Counted from the stretch's first letter, positions 19,887-28,589 are shown. The stretch is 32,000 nucleotides of DNA from Candidatus Kuenenia stuttgartensis (GCF_900232105.1 NZ_LT934425.1:60001-92000); one strand, 5' to 3'. Numbers and translations: made by a program. Notes: generated by a model from the letters alone, not told the origin.

Positions 19887-20945
19887 TTAATCAATTAATA
19901 CAACTGGCTTTATTAAATCAGCGGGTTTCTCTTTCATTAGCTGTAAAGCCTCTTCTATCTTGTCAAATCCGTAGAATACATGGGTAACTAATTTTCCTGG
20001 ATCTAATCTGCTGTATTTGACCAATTCAATTAATCTTTCCATTCTTACTCTACCGCCAGGAGTTAATCCACCATTAATCGCCTTGTGACCCATTCCTACT
20101 CCCCATGCTTCCCTTGGTATAGGTATGAATTCATCGCCACCAAAGTAGTTAATATTACCAATTGCTCCACCGGCCTTTAGAATTTTTACTGCATCAATAA
20201 GAATGTCACAATTCCCACCAGCTACTATTACTTTATCTGCTCCTCGATTATTAGTCATCTCTAGTACTCGATCTACTACAGATCTCTCTCGATAGTTAAC
20301 TATATCTGTTGCTCCATAGAATTTAGCGGCTTCAATTAAAGCGGGTCTGCTTCCTACACCAACAATTCTTCCTGCCCCCATTAATTGAGCTCCTGCAACT
20401 GACATCAGTCCAACAGGTCCTATTCCTAAAACCACTACTGTATCCCCATATTCTACATTAGCCAATTCCACCCCATGGAAGCCTGTTGTTACCATATCTG
20501 TAAGCATGACTGCTGCTTCTAAAGTAATTCCATCTGGTAAAACAGCTAAATTCATATCCCCATCGTTCACGTGAAAATACTCACTAAATACCCCGTCTTT
20601 AATATTAGAGAACTTCCAGCCAGCCAACATCCCACCTGAATGCTGTCCAAGTCCTGTGTCTTGTAATTCAACACTTCTCCAATCAGGAGTTATAGCAGGT
20701 ACTACCACTCTATCCCCAGGTTTAATATATTTAACCTCGCTACCTACTTCGACTACCTCTCCCACACTTTCATGACCTAACACTAAATTCTTTCTATCTC
20801 CGATAGCACCTTCAATTGTATGTATATCTGAAGTACATGGTGCGAAAGCAATTGGTTTCACAATTGCATCATATGGACCTGCAACTGGTTTTTCTTTCTC
20901 AATCCAACCCACACTACCAATCCCTAACATTGCAAACGCCTTCAT
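19887..20945 (-). CDS. Zn-dependent NADP-type secondary alcohol dehydrogenase (clostridial isopropanol dehydrogenase-like)
   Basis: 352 aa; GHESVGEVVEVGSEV, PDWRSVELQDTG, GGMLAGWKFSNIKDGVFSEYFHVNDGDMNLAVLP, VGVGSRP cofactor region. Confidence 0.9.
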   Translation of the reverse strand: MKAFAMLGIGSVGWIEKEKPVAGPYDAIVKPIAFAPCTSDIHTIEGAIGDRKNLVLGHESVGEVVEVGSEVKYIKPGDRVVVPAITPDWRSVELQDTGLGQHSGGMLAGWKFSNIKDGVFSEYFHVNDGDMNLAVLPDGITLEAAVMLTDMVTTGFHGVELANVEYGDTVVVLGIGPVGLMSVAGAQLMGAGRIVGVGSRPALIEAAKFYGATDIVNYRERSVVDRVLEMTNNRGADKVIVAGGNCDILIDAVKILKAGGAIGNINYFGGDEFIPIPREAWGVGMGHKAINGGLTPGGRVRMERLIELVKYSRLDPGKLVTHVFYGFDKIEEALQLMKEKPADLIKPVVLID

Positions 20946-21093
20946 TATGATTCCCCCTTGAATAATTAGTTTATATTAATATCCAAAATAGTTTTGATTA
21001 GTATCTATTATAGCTAACTAAAGGGTGAAGGGTATAACTTCTTGAAGAATTTGTCAAGTATGTTTAATCTTTTTTTCACAAACAATTTAGATA

Positions 21094-21285
21094 CTATACC
21101 ACTAAATATTTTGGTGGATTATCACACATGTCATAATGGTTTGGTGATGTCCAGTCTGAGAAAAAACCCTTATCCAAAATATAAATATCCGGTGGCACTT
21201 CATAAACATTTACAAATTCATCTATCGCGATTTCAATATGTTCTTCACAGACCACATACATCCCCTTCACCCCTCTTATCTTCAT
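21094..21285 (-). CDS. Small CxxH/CxxC-type protein
   Basis: 63 aa MKIRGVKGMYVVCEEHIEIAIDEFVNVYEVPPDIYILDKGFFSDWTSPNHYDMCDNPPKYLVV; CEEH present, second pair is YDMC rather than CxxC. Confidence 0.55.
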   Translation of the reverse strand: MKIRGVKGMYVVCEEHIEIAIDEFVNVYEVPPDIYILDKGFFSDWTSPNHYDMCDNPPKYLVV

Positions 21286-21435
21286 AATATTTATTTCTTA
21301 GCCCGACTTTACCTAGTTGAGGAAAGAAGAGCACGCAAACTCGCACGGCATAAGGTAGTGAGCACAGTCTTAATCCAACTTCGACAAGCAGAAATCGTAT
21401 CTCTTTTATTGCCAATGTGATACGACTTTAGTCCT

Positions 21436-23310
21436 TCATTTTTCGGCACTACATCTTTGAGTTTTCATGGGTGATTTTATATTTTTTCTGCCTAATGGTG
21501 TATGTTTAATTTGTAGTTTATTGTAAATCGTGTGCTGCTTTTCCGTGGGCGCTGTGCAGGTTCTGACGTCAATAACGCAGCCGTCCTTTGTGTTCATGGT
21601 CGTTGTTACCCTTATATGGGTGGCAAGGATATTACGAATCGTATTCCAATTATAATGAACCCCTGCGGTTCTTAGCTTTTTTAATATCCCGGCAAGTATG
21701 TGATAGGCCAATACAGTGACATGCACGTGGGCAATGGTTGGGGTATCTGTGTGGTGAAAGTTTGGCCGTAAACCAAGGTTGCCTTTCATTGTTTTAAAAC
21801 TTTCCTCAACAGTACTCAACGACCTATGGAGCTTTGATATCTCTTCCCCGCTAAGATCAAGTCGGTTTGTCCGTAATACATACGTGCCTATGGCTTCTTC
21901 CTTTGCTTGCGCCTGAGCATTTTTCTTAAATTTGATATCGGTCGCTTTGCCATCCGTCTGTTCCACTTTGATCGTATATAAATTGCCCACCTTGTAGCGT
22001 TCTTTTAACCGGCCTATCCTCTCTATGATCGTATCATATTTTTTCTGTCTTTTTGGCTTCTCTAATCCTTCTTTTATTGCCGAGAGCGCCTCTTCAAACC
22101 TTTGTTCTTTCAGGGAAAGGATGGACTTCTCTTTTGACTCTTTTGCCTCTTTTGCCTCGCTGTGGCATAAAAGGAATGCCTCTTCTTCAGTACGGACTAA
22201 TTTCATGCCCAACGTTGTTTTCCCGTCTGATAACATAATCTTCTCTTCGTCCGTTTCAGGCCAAAAAGTATCTTCAAAAGATTTCTTGCGCGAGACGACC
22301 ACATATTTATAGCCACTCTTCCTGATAAGCGCAATGTTCTCTTCCGTTGCTATCCCTGCGTCCATAACTATCGTTCTATCATTTGAAAACATACCGTCTT
22401 CTTTTTTTAATCCATCCAAAATATCTTTTAGGGTACCAGGCTCCGACACATTGCCCTCAAAAACCTTGCTCTGCTTGGGAAATCCCTCTTCATCAACGGT
22501 AAGGGATAGCGTAATTAACGGACAATCATTACGGCTCTCTTTTGATTTGTAGCGCCGGGCCACCTTACTCCCTCTTTTGCTACCCTCAAAATAGGTATTT
22601 GTTAAATCATATAAAATCACCGTCTCTTTAAGGGAAAATATCTCTCGCGCCCGCTTTGACAACTCTTGCTCTATGGCGGCATGATTCTCCCAAAGCAAGA
22701 CTGCCGCGCGATGCAGCGCTTTATCATACAGTTTAACCCCTGAGTCCAACAGCTCTCCCGCCCCGCTTGTTTCAGAAAGCCATCGCACGGTATCACGCTC
22801 GCTGCCGGGATGAACCATTCTCCCCACAATGAGCATCTTGGAATAGGCAATCTGGTCATCTGTAAAATCAAGCCCTTGCAATATCTTATCAAACCCGTAT
22901 TCATTCATTTGGCTTATGGCCACGTGTTCGGCGCCTACGGTCTTTGCATCATTTGTTATCAGGGAATTAATATTCACGTGCTCGTATTGAGCAGGTTCTT
23001 CCCCTGCTGATTCACCGCCGGTAATACGTTCTTGCGCCCTGTCCAACCGCTCCTGTCTTATCTGGCTGGCATAATGCCTTGCTTTCGCCTCTATTTCAGG
23101 ATCTTGAGGAAACAACGTTTTTTGATTTGCTAAAAATCCTTCAATGCAATTGGCAAGGGTCTTCCACTTCTCCTCGGGCAGACTAAGCTGCCCAAGGTTT
23201 AAGACTATTTGCTGTCTTGGCCCTGAAGGGGTGCGAATGGATTCGATGAGTTGGTGTTGTATGTAGCTCTTCCCGCCATTCACTTTTTTGATCTTTTCAC
23301 GGATAAACAC
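21436..23310 (-). CDS. IS1634-family-like transposase, intact
   Basis: 624 aa; FIREKIKKVNGGKSYIQHQLIESIRTPSGPRQQIVLNLGQL ... ETVILYDLTNTYFEGSKRG ... RTIVMDAGIATEENIALIR ... FKTMKGNLGLRPNFHHTDTPTIAHVHVTVLAYHI. Confidence 0.88.
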   Translation of the reverse strand: MFIREKIKKVNGGKSYIQHQLIESIRTPSGPRQQIVLNLGQLSLPEEKWKTLANCIEGFLANQKTLFPQDPEIEAKARHYASQIRQERLDRAQERITGGESAGEEPAQYEHVNINSLITNDAKTVGAEHVAISQMNEYGFDKILQGLDFTDDQIAYSKMLIVGRMVHPGSERDTVRWLSETSGAGELLDSGVKLYDKALHRAAVLLWENHAAIEQELSKRAREIFSLKETVILYDLTNTYFEGSKRGSKVARRYKSKESRNDCPLITLSLTVDEEGFPKQSKVFEGNVSEPGTLKDILDGLKKEDGMFSNDRTIVMDAGIATEENIALIRKSGYKYVVVSRKKSFEDTFWPETDEEKIMLSDGKTTLGMKLVRTEEEAFLLCHSEAKEAKESKEKSILSLKEQRFEEALSAIKEGLEKPKRQKKYDTIIERIGRLKERYKVGNLYTIKVEQTDGKATDIKFKKNAQAQAKEEAIGTYVLRTNRLDLSGEEISKLHRSLSTVEESFKTMKGNLGLRPNFHHTDTPTIAHVHVTVLAYHILAGILKKLRTAGVHYNWNTIRNILATHIRVTTTMNTKDGCVIDVRTCTAPTEKQHTIYNKLQIKHTPLGRKNIKSPMKTQRCSAEK

Positions 23311-23469
23311 ACCGGTATTTTACCATGTAAGCAATGGCGCCGCAAGCATAAACAATAATATTCAGGCACTACATTAAACGCCGAAAGCAACATTCAACCA
23401 TACCAATAGGTTACGACTATTACATGCTCAATTTCTTGCCTTTTTCAGGATAAATTTGTCGAAGTTGGG

Positions 23470-24268
23470 TTAACGGTACATGCAGGGCTTTTACCGGTAT
23501 TGAATTTTATGGGTAAGCTGATGTTCCGGGAGAGAGTCCATGAAGCGGTCCATAAGGATCGTGGAGCAAATGCCCGGTATCAGTTTGTCGATGCGGTACA
23601 AATGGTAGTGATAGGGTTGATAGCAGGGGCGACATCGATGGTAGAGGTGATGAAGGTGTGTACAGATGAGGTATTGAAGAAGATGTCCGGGTGGAAAGAG
23701 GTACCTGTAGATACTACGATAGGACGTATTATGAAGCTGGCGAGTCAGGGAGATATAGTGGAACTGACGGGGGTGATCCACCGGTTTAGGGGAAAGATAT
23801 GGAAGCGTGCGGTGAGATCAGGCCATAAACTCAGGAGTGCTCTTTGCGAAGTATGGATAGATGTTGATTCTACCGTAGATGGTGTATATGGGAAACAGGA
23901 GGGTGCAGAGGTAGGATATAATCCGCACAAGAAGGGGCAGAAGGCGTATCATCCCTTAATGGCATTTATTGCAGAAACAAAGGAGGTATTACATAGTTGG
24001 TTCCGCTGTGGAAGCGCCTACACGAGTAACGGAGTAGTAGAGTTCATGAAGGAATGTATGGCGTACATGAATAAGGGGGTAAGGGTGGTATTTCGGGGAG
24101 ACAGCGGTTTTTTTACCGGAGAATTACTTGAATACCTTGAGTCAATATTGGCGGGATATCTGATTAAGGTAAAGCTGAAGAATCTGGAAGGATTGCTTGA
24201 AGGGCAGAAATGGAATGAGGTGAAAGGGGAGCCAGGATGGGAACAGGCTGAATTTTGGTATCGATGTG
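23470..24268 (+). pseudogene. IS1380-like transposase fragment, truncated at both ends
   Basis: About 799 bp matching the 7210..8547 gene in inverted orientation; antisense ORFs 8167..8457 and 23491..23781 encode an identical 96-aa string. Homology stops at ...TTTGGTATCGATGTG (24268). Confidence 0.9.
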
Positions 24269-24304
24269 TGCTACGTCTTAGAATAAATGCTCCAAAAATG
24301 CCCA

Positions 24305-24331
24305 ATTAGTCTCAGAATATTTGAGTCTAAT
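24305..24331. repeat. Subterminal imperfect palindrome
   Basis: ATTAGTCTCA GAATATT TGAGTCTAAT; arms match 9/10. Confidence 0.6.
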
Positions 24332-24441
24332 ACCCAGCAAATGATTTGAAAAATCTTACCCAGCTACCCCGCCTTTTTTTTATCCTGCGTAAGTATTTCA
24401 CTTGATTTTTTGTTCACGTTAAGAAAAATACATCGTTTACC

Positions 24442-24531
24442 CCGTTAGAAAGAAGTTCCGTCCGTAAGGCGGAGTAAAGCCTCATTAAATAGTTTGGAAG
24501 GGGTTAAAACCACTTCCAAACTTCCTAACGG
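24442..24531 (+). ncRNA. Candidate structured RNA / leader (three-way junction-like)
   Basis: Closing helix CCGTTAG (24442..24448) / CTAACGG (24525..24531). Inner hairpins TCCGTC-CGTAA-GGCGGA (24457..24473, one wobble) and GTTTGGAAG (24492..24500) / CTTCCAAAC (24513..24521). Confidence 0.4.
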
Positions 24532-24603
24532 CGGTTTACTTCCCAGTTCCCCGTTTTCACGAGGACAAGTTTTGTAAGATTTTTCCGGAACATAAAAAAC
24601 TCA

Positions 24604-24645
24604 GGGCAGGAGGACCGAACGTTGGGAAACTTCATCCTCCTGCCC
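24604..24645 (+). promoter_or_regulatory. 11-bp perfect stem-loop upstream of first element ORF
   Basis: GGGCAGGAGGA (24604..24614) - 20 nt - TCCTCCTGCCC (24635..24645). CCTCCT (24636..24641) can alternatively pair with the SD AGGAGG (24663..24668). Confidence 0.6.
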
Positions 24646-24674
24646 ATTTCCCCCCTATACAAAGGAGGCAGTGC

Positions 24675-25313
24675 GTGAATATTATAGAAAAAATCCACAA
24701 GCATGAAAAGCTTATTGCGACAAAACAGAAGCCATGCTTTTGTCCAAAGTGCAAGAGTACCCATGTCAATTTCACCCTTCATGAATGCAGATATCGGTTG
24801 TTTCACGTTATTATCGACTCCCTTGTTCATACGATAGAATCTTTCCTGGGACGTTGGAAATGTTCCTTGTGCAAGAAGACGTTTACTTCCTATCCTGAGT
24901 ATGCGCTCCCTTACAAGCGGTACGTAAAGGATCACTGTCTCTCCTTCAGTCAGGCTTATGTCAAAGATGATACAGAAACCTACCGGAGTGTCTCCTCTGC
25001 CATCGGATATACTACCCGAACACAGGAAATAGACAACCGCATGCTTGCCTGGTCAACCGTTTGGAGGTGGCTGCGTTTCTTTGGCTCACTGAAATACACA
25101 CTCCGCAACGCCTTTGACCTCATCAGGCAGGCCGACCCCAACTCTCCGGTTTTTCGCCAAATGTTTCCCATTTACCACGGAAAGTATAAAAGCAAACAAC
25201 GAAAAACCTCCCTCGATCAATCGATTCAATTGTTCAGCGCCGAGCCGGAATATCACCGAATTTTTGGGCATTCATTTTTCCCCGAACTGGCAACAAAAAG
25301 CGGCTGGTCTTGA
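24675..25313 (+). CDS. Zinc-ribbon + HTH-like protein of unknown function, transposon-associated
   Basis: 212 aa, GTG start after AAAGGAGG. N-terminal CFCPKCKSTHVNF...GRWKCSLCKKTFTSYPEYALPYKRY (CxxC...CxxC); later TVWRWLRFFGSLKY. Confidence 0.7.
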   Translation: MNIIEKIHKHEKLIATKQKPCFCPKCKSTHVNFTLHECRYRLFHVIIDSLVHTIESFLGRWKCSLCKKTFTSYPEYALPYKRYVKDHCLSFSQAYVKDDTETYRSVSSAIGYTTRTQEIDNRMLAWSTVWRWLRFFGSLKYTLRNAFDLIRQADPNSPVFRQMFPIYHGKYKSKQRKTSLDQSIQLFSAEPEYHRIFGHSFFPELATKSGWS

Positions 25314-25320
25314 GTTACAA

Positions 25321-25348
25321 TCACCTCCACACTTAAAAAAGGAGGTGA
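25321..25348 (+). promoter_or_regulatory. Hairpin sequestering the transposase SD
   Basis: TCACCTCC (25321..25328) - acacttaaaaaa - GGAGGTGA (25341..25348); ATG at 25352. Confidence 0.75.
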
Positions 25349-25351
25349 ATT

Positions 25352-26912
25352 ATGAAATCGAAAGACGAAAAATGGGCTTTATTCTGGTGCAATCTTCTGC
25401 ATCCTGTCATCTTCGGTGAGATTGAGAAGGAGCAGACCAACCTTTTTCTGAAAAAACTCTGCCTTCAGGAGGTCGTATTCCCCAACGGAAAGCGGAAAAG
25501 ACCCACTATCTCTACCCTCAGGAGAAAACTCAACCGCTACCGCAAAGATGGATTTCAATCTCTTGCAAGAAAGGCGAGGAGCGACCGTGGCGCATCCAGA
25601 AGGTTTTCTCCTGAAATTATCGACAAAGCCGTTGAACTCAAAAAAGAACAACCACGCCGCAGCGACGATTGCCTCAACCGCTTTCTTGAGAAATACTATG
25701 GGAAAACGATCCCCAAATCCACCCTCTACCGCCATCTCAGACTCGCAGGGGCGACCCGGCTCAAACTCGGCGTCTCACAGCAAAAGGTGCGTATACGCTC
25801 TTAGCCGTGAGCATACCCACGACCTCTGGATTGGCGACTTCCAGGAAGGCCCTTTCGTGCTCGTTGACGGCGAGGCGCTTCCCACAAACCTCTGTCTCTT
25901 TATCGACTGCTACAGCCGTTATGTGGTCGAAGGACGGTATTATCTCAAACAAACCCTCGATATCCTTATCGATTCTCTCATCAGGGCCTGGACTATCCAC
26001 GGCTCGCCCAAAGAACTCTACCTCGACAATGCCAAGGTCTACCACTCTGACGCCCTGCGCTCTGCCTGTTACAACCTCGGCATTAAACTCATCCACAGAC
26101 CACCACGCGACCCTGCTCCCGGCGGACTGGTCGAACGTTTCTTCGGCACCAGCCAGACACAGTTCGAGTCGGAAGTCCGCTCCGGCGACATTATCACCCT
26201 TGATGCCATTAACCAGGCCTTCTCCGCTTACCTTGCCGTTGTCTATCACGCAAGAATCCACTCCGAAACCAATCAATCTCCAAAACAACGCTACGACGAG
26301 GGGCTTACCGTCATCCGACACGTCGATATGGACGCCGCTCTTGCCTTCTTCATGAAACGCATCCCCAGAACCGTTGACAGAACCTTTGCCGATGTCCGCA
26401 TTGATAACCGCTTTTACCGTGTTGACCCCAAACTCAGAGGCGATAAAGTAGAAGTCCGTTACGACCCATACGGCGATCTCAAAAAGGTCTTGATCTATTC
26501 CGCAAACGGTGAATACCTCGGCTCGGGAAATCTCTACCTGCGCGACCAGGGCGCTGAAACTCCAGCCGCCTCACCTTCAAAACCAAAACATAATTACCTC
26601 GACCTTATCACTCAGAAACACAAATCCATTCTCCAGGCTCAGGCCAAAGGCATTGATTACCACCAAATCATCTCCGAACGACCCTGGCCATTCATGGCAT
26701 TCGTCCAGAAACTCGCACTCCTCATGGGACACAAAGGCTCTCTCTCCGCCTTCAGCTCTCATGAACTCGAATCGCTTAAAAAATGCTACAACCGTATCCC
26801 CGCTCTCAACGAATCATTGCTCACGGAGGCATTCCAAAATGCCTCCGTGAAAACCTTACCCTATATCATTCGTGAATTACAAATCGCTTACTCGAAAAAG
26901 GAGGTCTCTTAA
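25352..26912 (+). CDS. DDE integrase-type transposase (rve; TniA/TnsB-like), frameshifted near 25790-25803
   Basis: ORF 25352..25804 (HTH part, ...LKLGVSQQKVRIRS*) continues in the +1 frame as ...SREHTHDLWIGDFQEGPFVLVDGE...LYLDNAKVYHSD...GGLVERFFGT; D-(35)-E spacing between LDNAK and VERF. Confidence 0.85.
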
Positions 26913-26914
26913 CC

Positions 26915-27706
26915 ATGTTTACTTCTCATTTTTCCATGACTACTCAGCCGTTCTCTGAAAGAATCAACACCAGCCTTATCATGAAAGACGAACGCTTTAC
27001 CCAGGGGCTTGCACGACTCCAATACCTCTTACACTCAGGCTCTATCGCCGTCCTCTACGGACAGACGGGAGTCGGAAAATCCACACTCCTCAAACTCTTC
27101 CTCTCACAAATCCCCCAAAACCTGTTTCTCCCCATCTACCTCCATTTTACCCACCTAAAATCATCCAGCCTTCTCTCCTTAATCGTCTCCCAGCTCGGTG
27201 AAATACCAAAACACACCAAAGACCGGCTCTTCCTCCAAATTATGGATAAATCCTTGCGCTCAAATCTCACTCCCATTATCGTTATCGACGAGGCTCATCT
27301 CCTGAAAACCGACGCCATCACAGACCTCAGACTCCTTGTCAGCTCTCCGCTTGATTCTTCCACTCATCTCAAAATCATCCTCTCGGGACAGGAACACCTC
27401 AAATATATCCTCAAAAGAGACATCCATGCCGACTTCGCACAACGCATCTCGGTACATTACCACATTCATCCCCTTACTAAAACTCAAACCGCTGCATACA
27501 TAGACTTCCATCTGAAATCTTCCGGCGCATCCGATAAAATCTTTGACTCAGACGTCAAAGACCTGATCCATGAGTTCTCCGCCGGCATCCCAAGGCAAAT
27601 CAACGCCATTTCCACCGCCTGCCTGATTAACGCTTCCATCAGACAATCACAGAAAATTACCCAGGATATCTTCCATCAGGCTCTTGCTGAAATTCAATCT
27701 TTTTAA
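26915..27706 (+). CDS. AAA ATPase, TniB/TnsC/ExeA-like
   Basis: 263 aa; Walker A GQTGVGKST, Walker B PIIVIDEAHLL, sensor-like LKIILSGQEHLKYIL, AGIPRQINAI. Confidence 0.88.
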   Translation: MFTSHFSMTTQPFSERINTSLIMKDERFTQGLARLQYLLHSGSIAVLYGQTGVGKSTLLKLFLSQIPQNLFLPIYLHFTHLKSSSLLSLIVSQLGEIPKHTKDRLFLQIMDKSLRSNLTPIIVIDEAHLLKTDAITDLRLLVSSPLDSSTHLKIILSGQEHLKYILKRDIHADFAQRISVHYHIHPLTKTQTAAYIDFHLKSSGASDKIFDSDVKDLIHEFSAGIPRQINAISTACLINASIRQSQKITQDIFHQALAEIQSF

Positions 27707-27717
27707 GGAGGTCTACC

Positions 27718-28020
27718 ATGGCCCGTCTCTTTTCCCCTCAACTCTTGCGCTCATTACGAAACGATATCCCCATCGATCGACTCATCGCTGATGTCCTCTC
27801 CATACCTCATAAATACTCCGAAGGCTATTTCCGCTTCCTCTGCCCTCTCTGTTCTGAATTTAATTCCGCCACCAACCCAAATACGAACCTCGCCAGGTGT
27901 TTCCGTTGTAAAAAAAACTTTAATACCATCGACATCGTCATGGTAGATTCCAACTCCTCTTTCCCAGATGCTGTCTATCTGCTAAAATCCGTTTTACCTC
28001 AATATATTAATTCCACTTAA
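27718..28020 (+). CDS. Small CHC2 (DNA primase-like) zinc-finger protein
   Basis: 100 aa; YFRFLCPLCSEFNSATNPNTNLARCFRCKKNFNTIDIVMVDSNSSFPDAVYLL resembles the DnaG zinc-binding fold (CxxC...CxxC). Confidence 0.72.
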   Translation: MARLFSPQLLRSLRNDIPIDRLIADVLSIPHKYSEGYFRFLCPLCSEFNSATNPNTNLARCFRCKKNFNTIDIVMVDSNSSFPDAVYLLKSVLPQYINST

Positions 28021-28058
28021 TCTGAGAATTCCAGGTTCATTTATTGTGGGGCTTAGCA

Positions 28059-28589
28059 TCTTAACTCAAACAGCTTTCGCTCTATCTTTGCCTGATTCTC
28101 TGACAACCATGACAAATTATCGTACAGATTGTTCTCGTCAAACCCACGCTTCATATCCAGGACGTCACCCGCAGCATGTATCTGCGCCAGCCTTACTGCA
28201 GACAGTCTTGACCCCTGGCCTATTACCCTTGCCATTACTTGCCAAAGCGCCAGCTTTCCTTCAAAGTCCTTTCCCAATGCCTCTTCTATCCCTAATTCCT
28301 TTGCCACTTGGTACACGCTCCACGCTGCTCCCACAGACAAACCCTCATGGAGTTTCACCGATTCTGACAATGCGCCCAATGCACAGAGATCGTCTTTATG
28401 TGCGAGTGCAAGTCTTATCGCTTCAATCTCCAGGGGAGTGCAATTCGACAGATTCGCAATGGTACGTTTCTTGACCTTCCCATCCTCACGGTACGATTCC
28501 CGCAGAAGGGTAGATCGATAGATTTTTTTACCGGATTTTGACTTGTTCTCTACAATATGCATGTCCACCATTGTACAGATAACAACCAT
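28059..28589 (-). pseudogene. N-terminal fragment of a second, different IS1634-like transposase
   Basis: MHIVENKSKSGKKIYRSTLLRESYREDGKVKKRTIANLSNCTPLEIEAIRLAL...NNLYDNLSWLSENQAKIERKLFELR, then homology ends at the element tip. Confidence 0.82.

Larger units (their letters stand above)
24269..28058 (+). mobile_element. Tn7/Tn5053-like (TniA/TniB-type) compact transposon with CHC2 zinc-finger gene
   Basis: Four co-directional ORFs; imperfect TIR TGCTAcGtCttAgAATAAATGctCC (24269..) versus reverse complement of right end TGCTAaGcCccAcAATAAATGaaCC (..28058). Flanking IS fragments are truncated at these tips. Confidence 0.72.

Noticed and set aside
25807-26355. Long alternative-frame ORFs overlapping the transposase (25807..26355 and 25761..26321)
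   Set aside because: Composition is S/T/P-rich without motifs; the conserved DDE protein occupies the same DNA in another frame.
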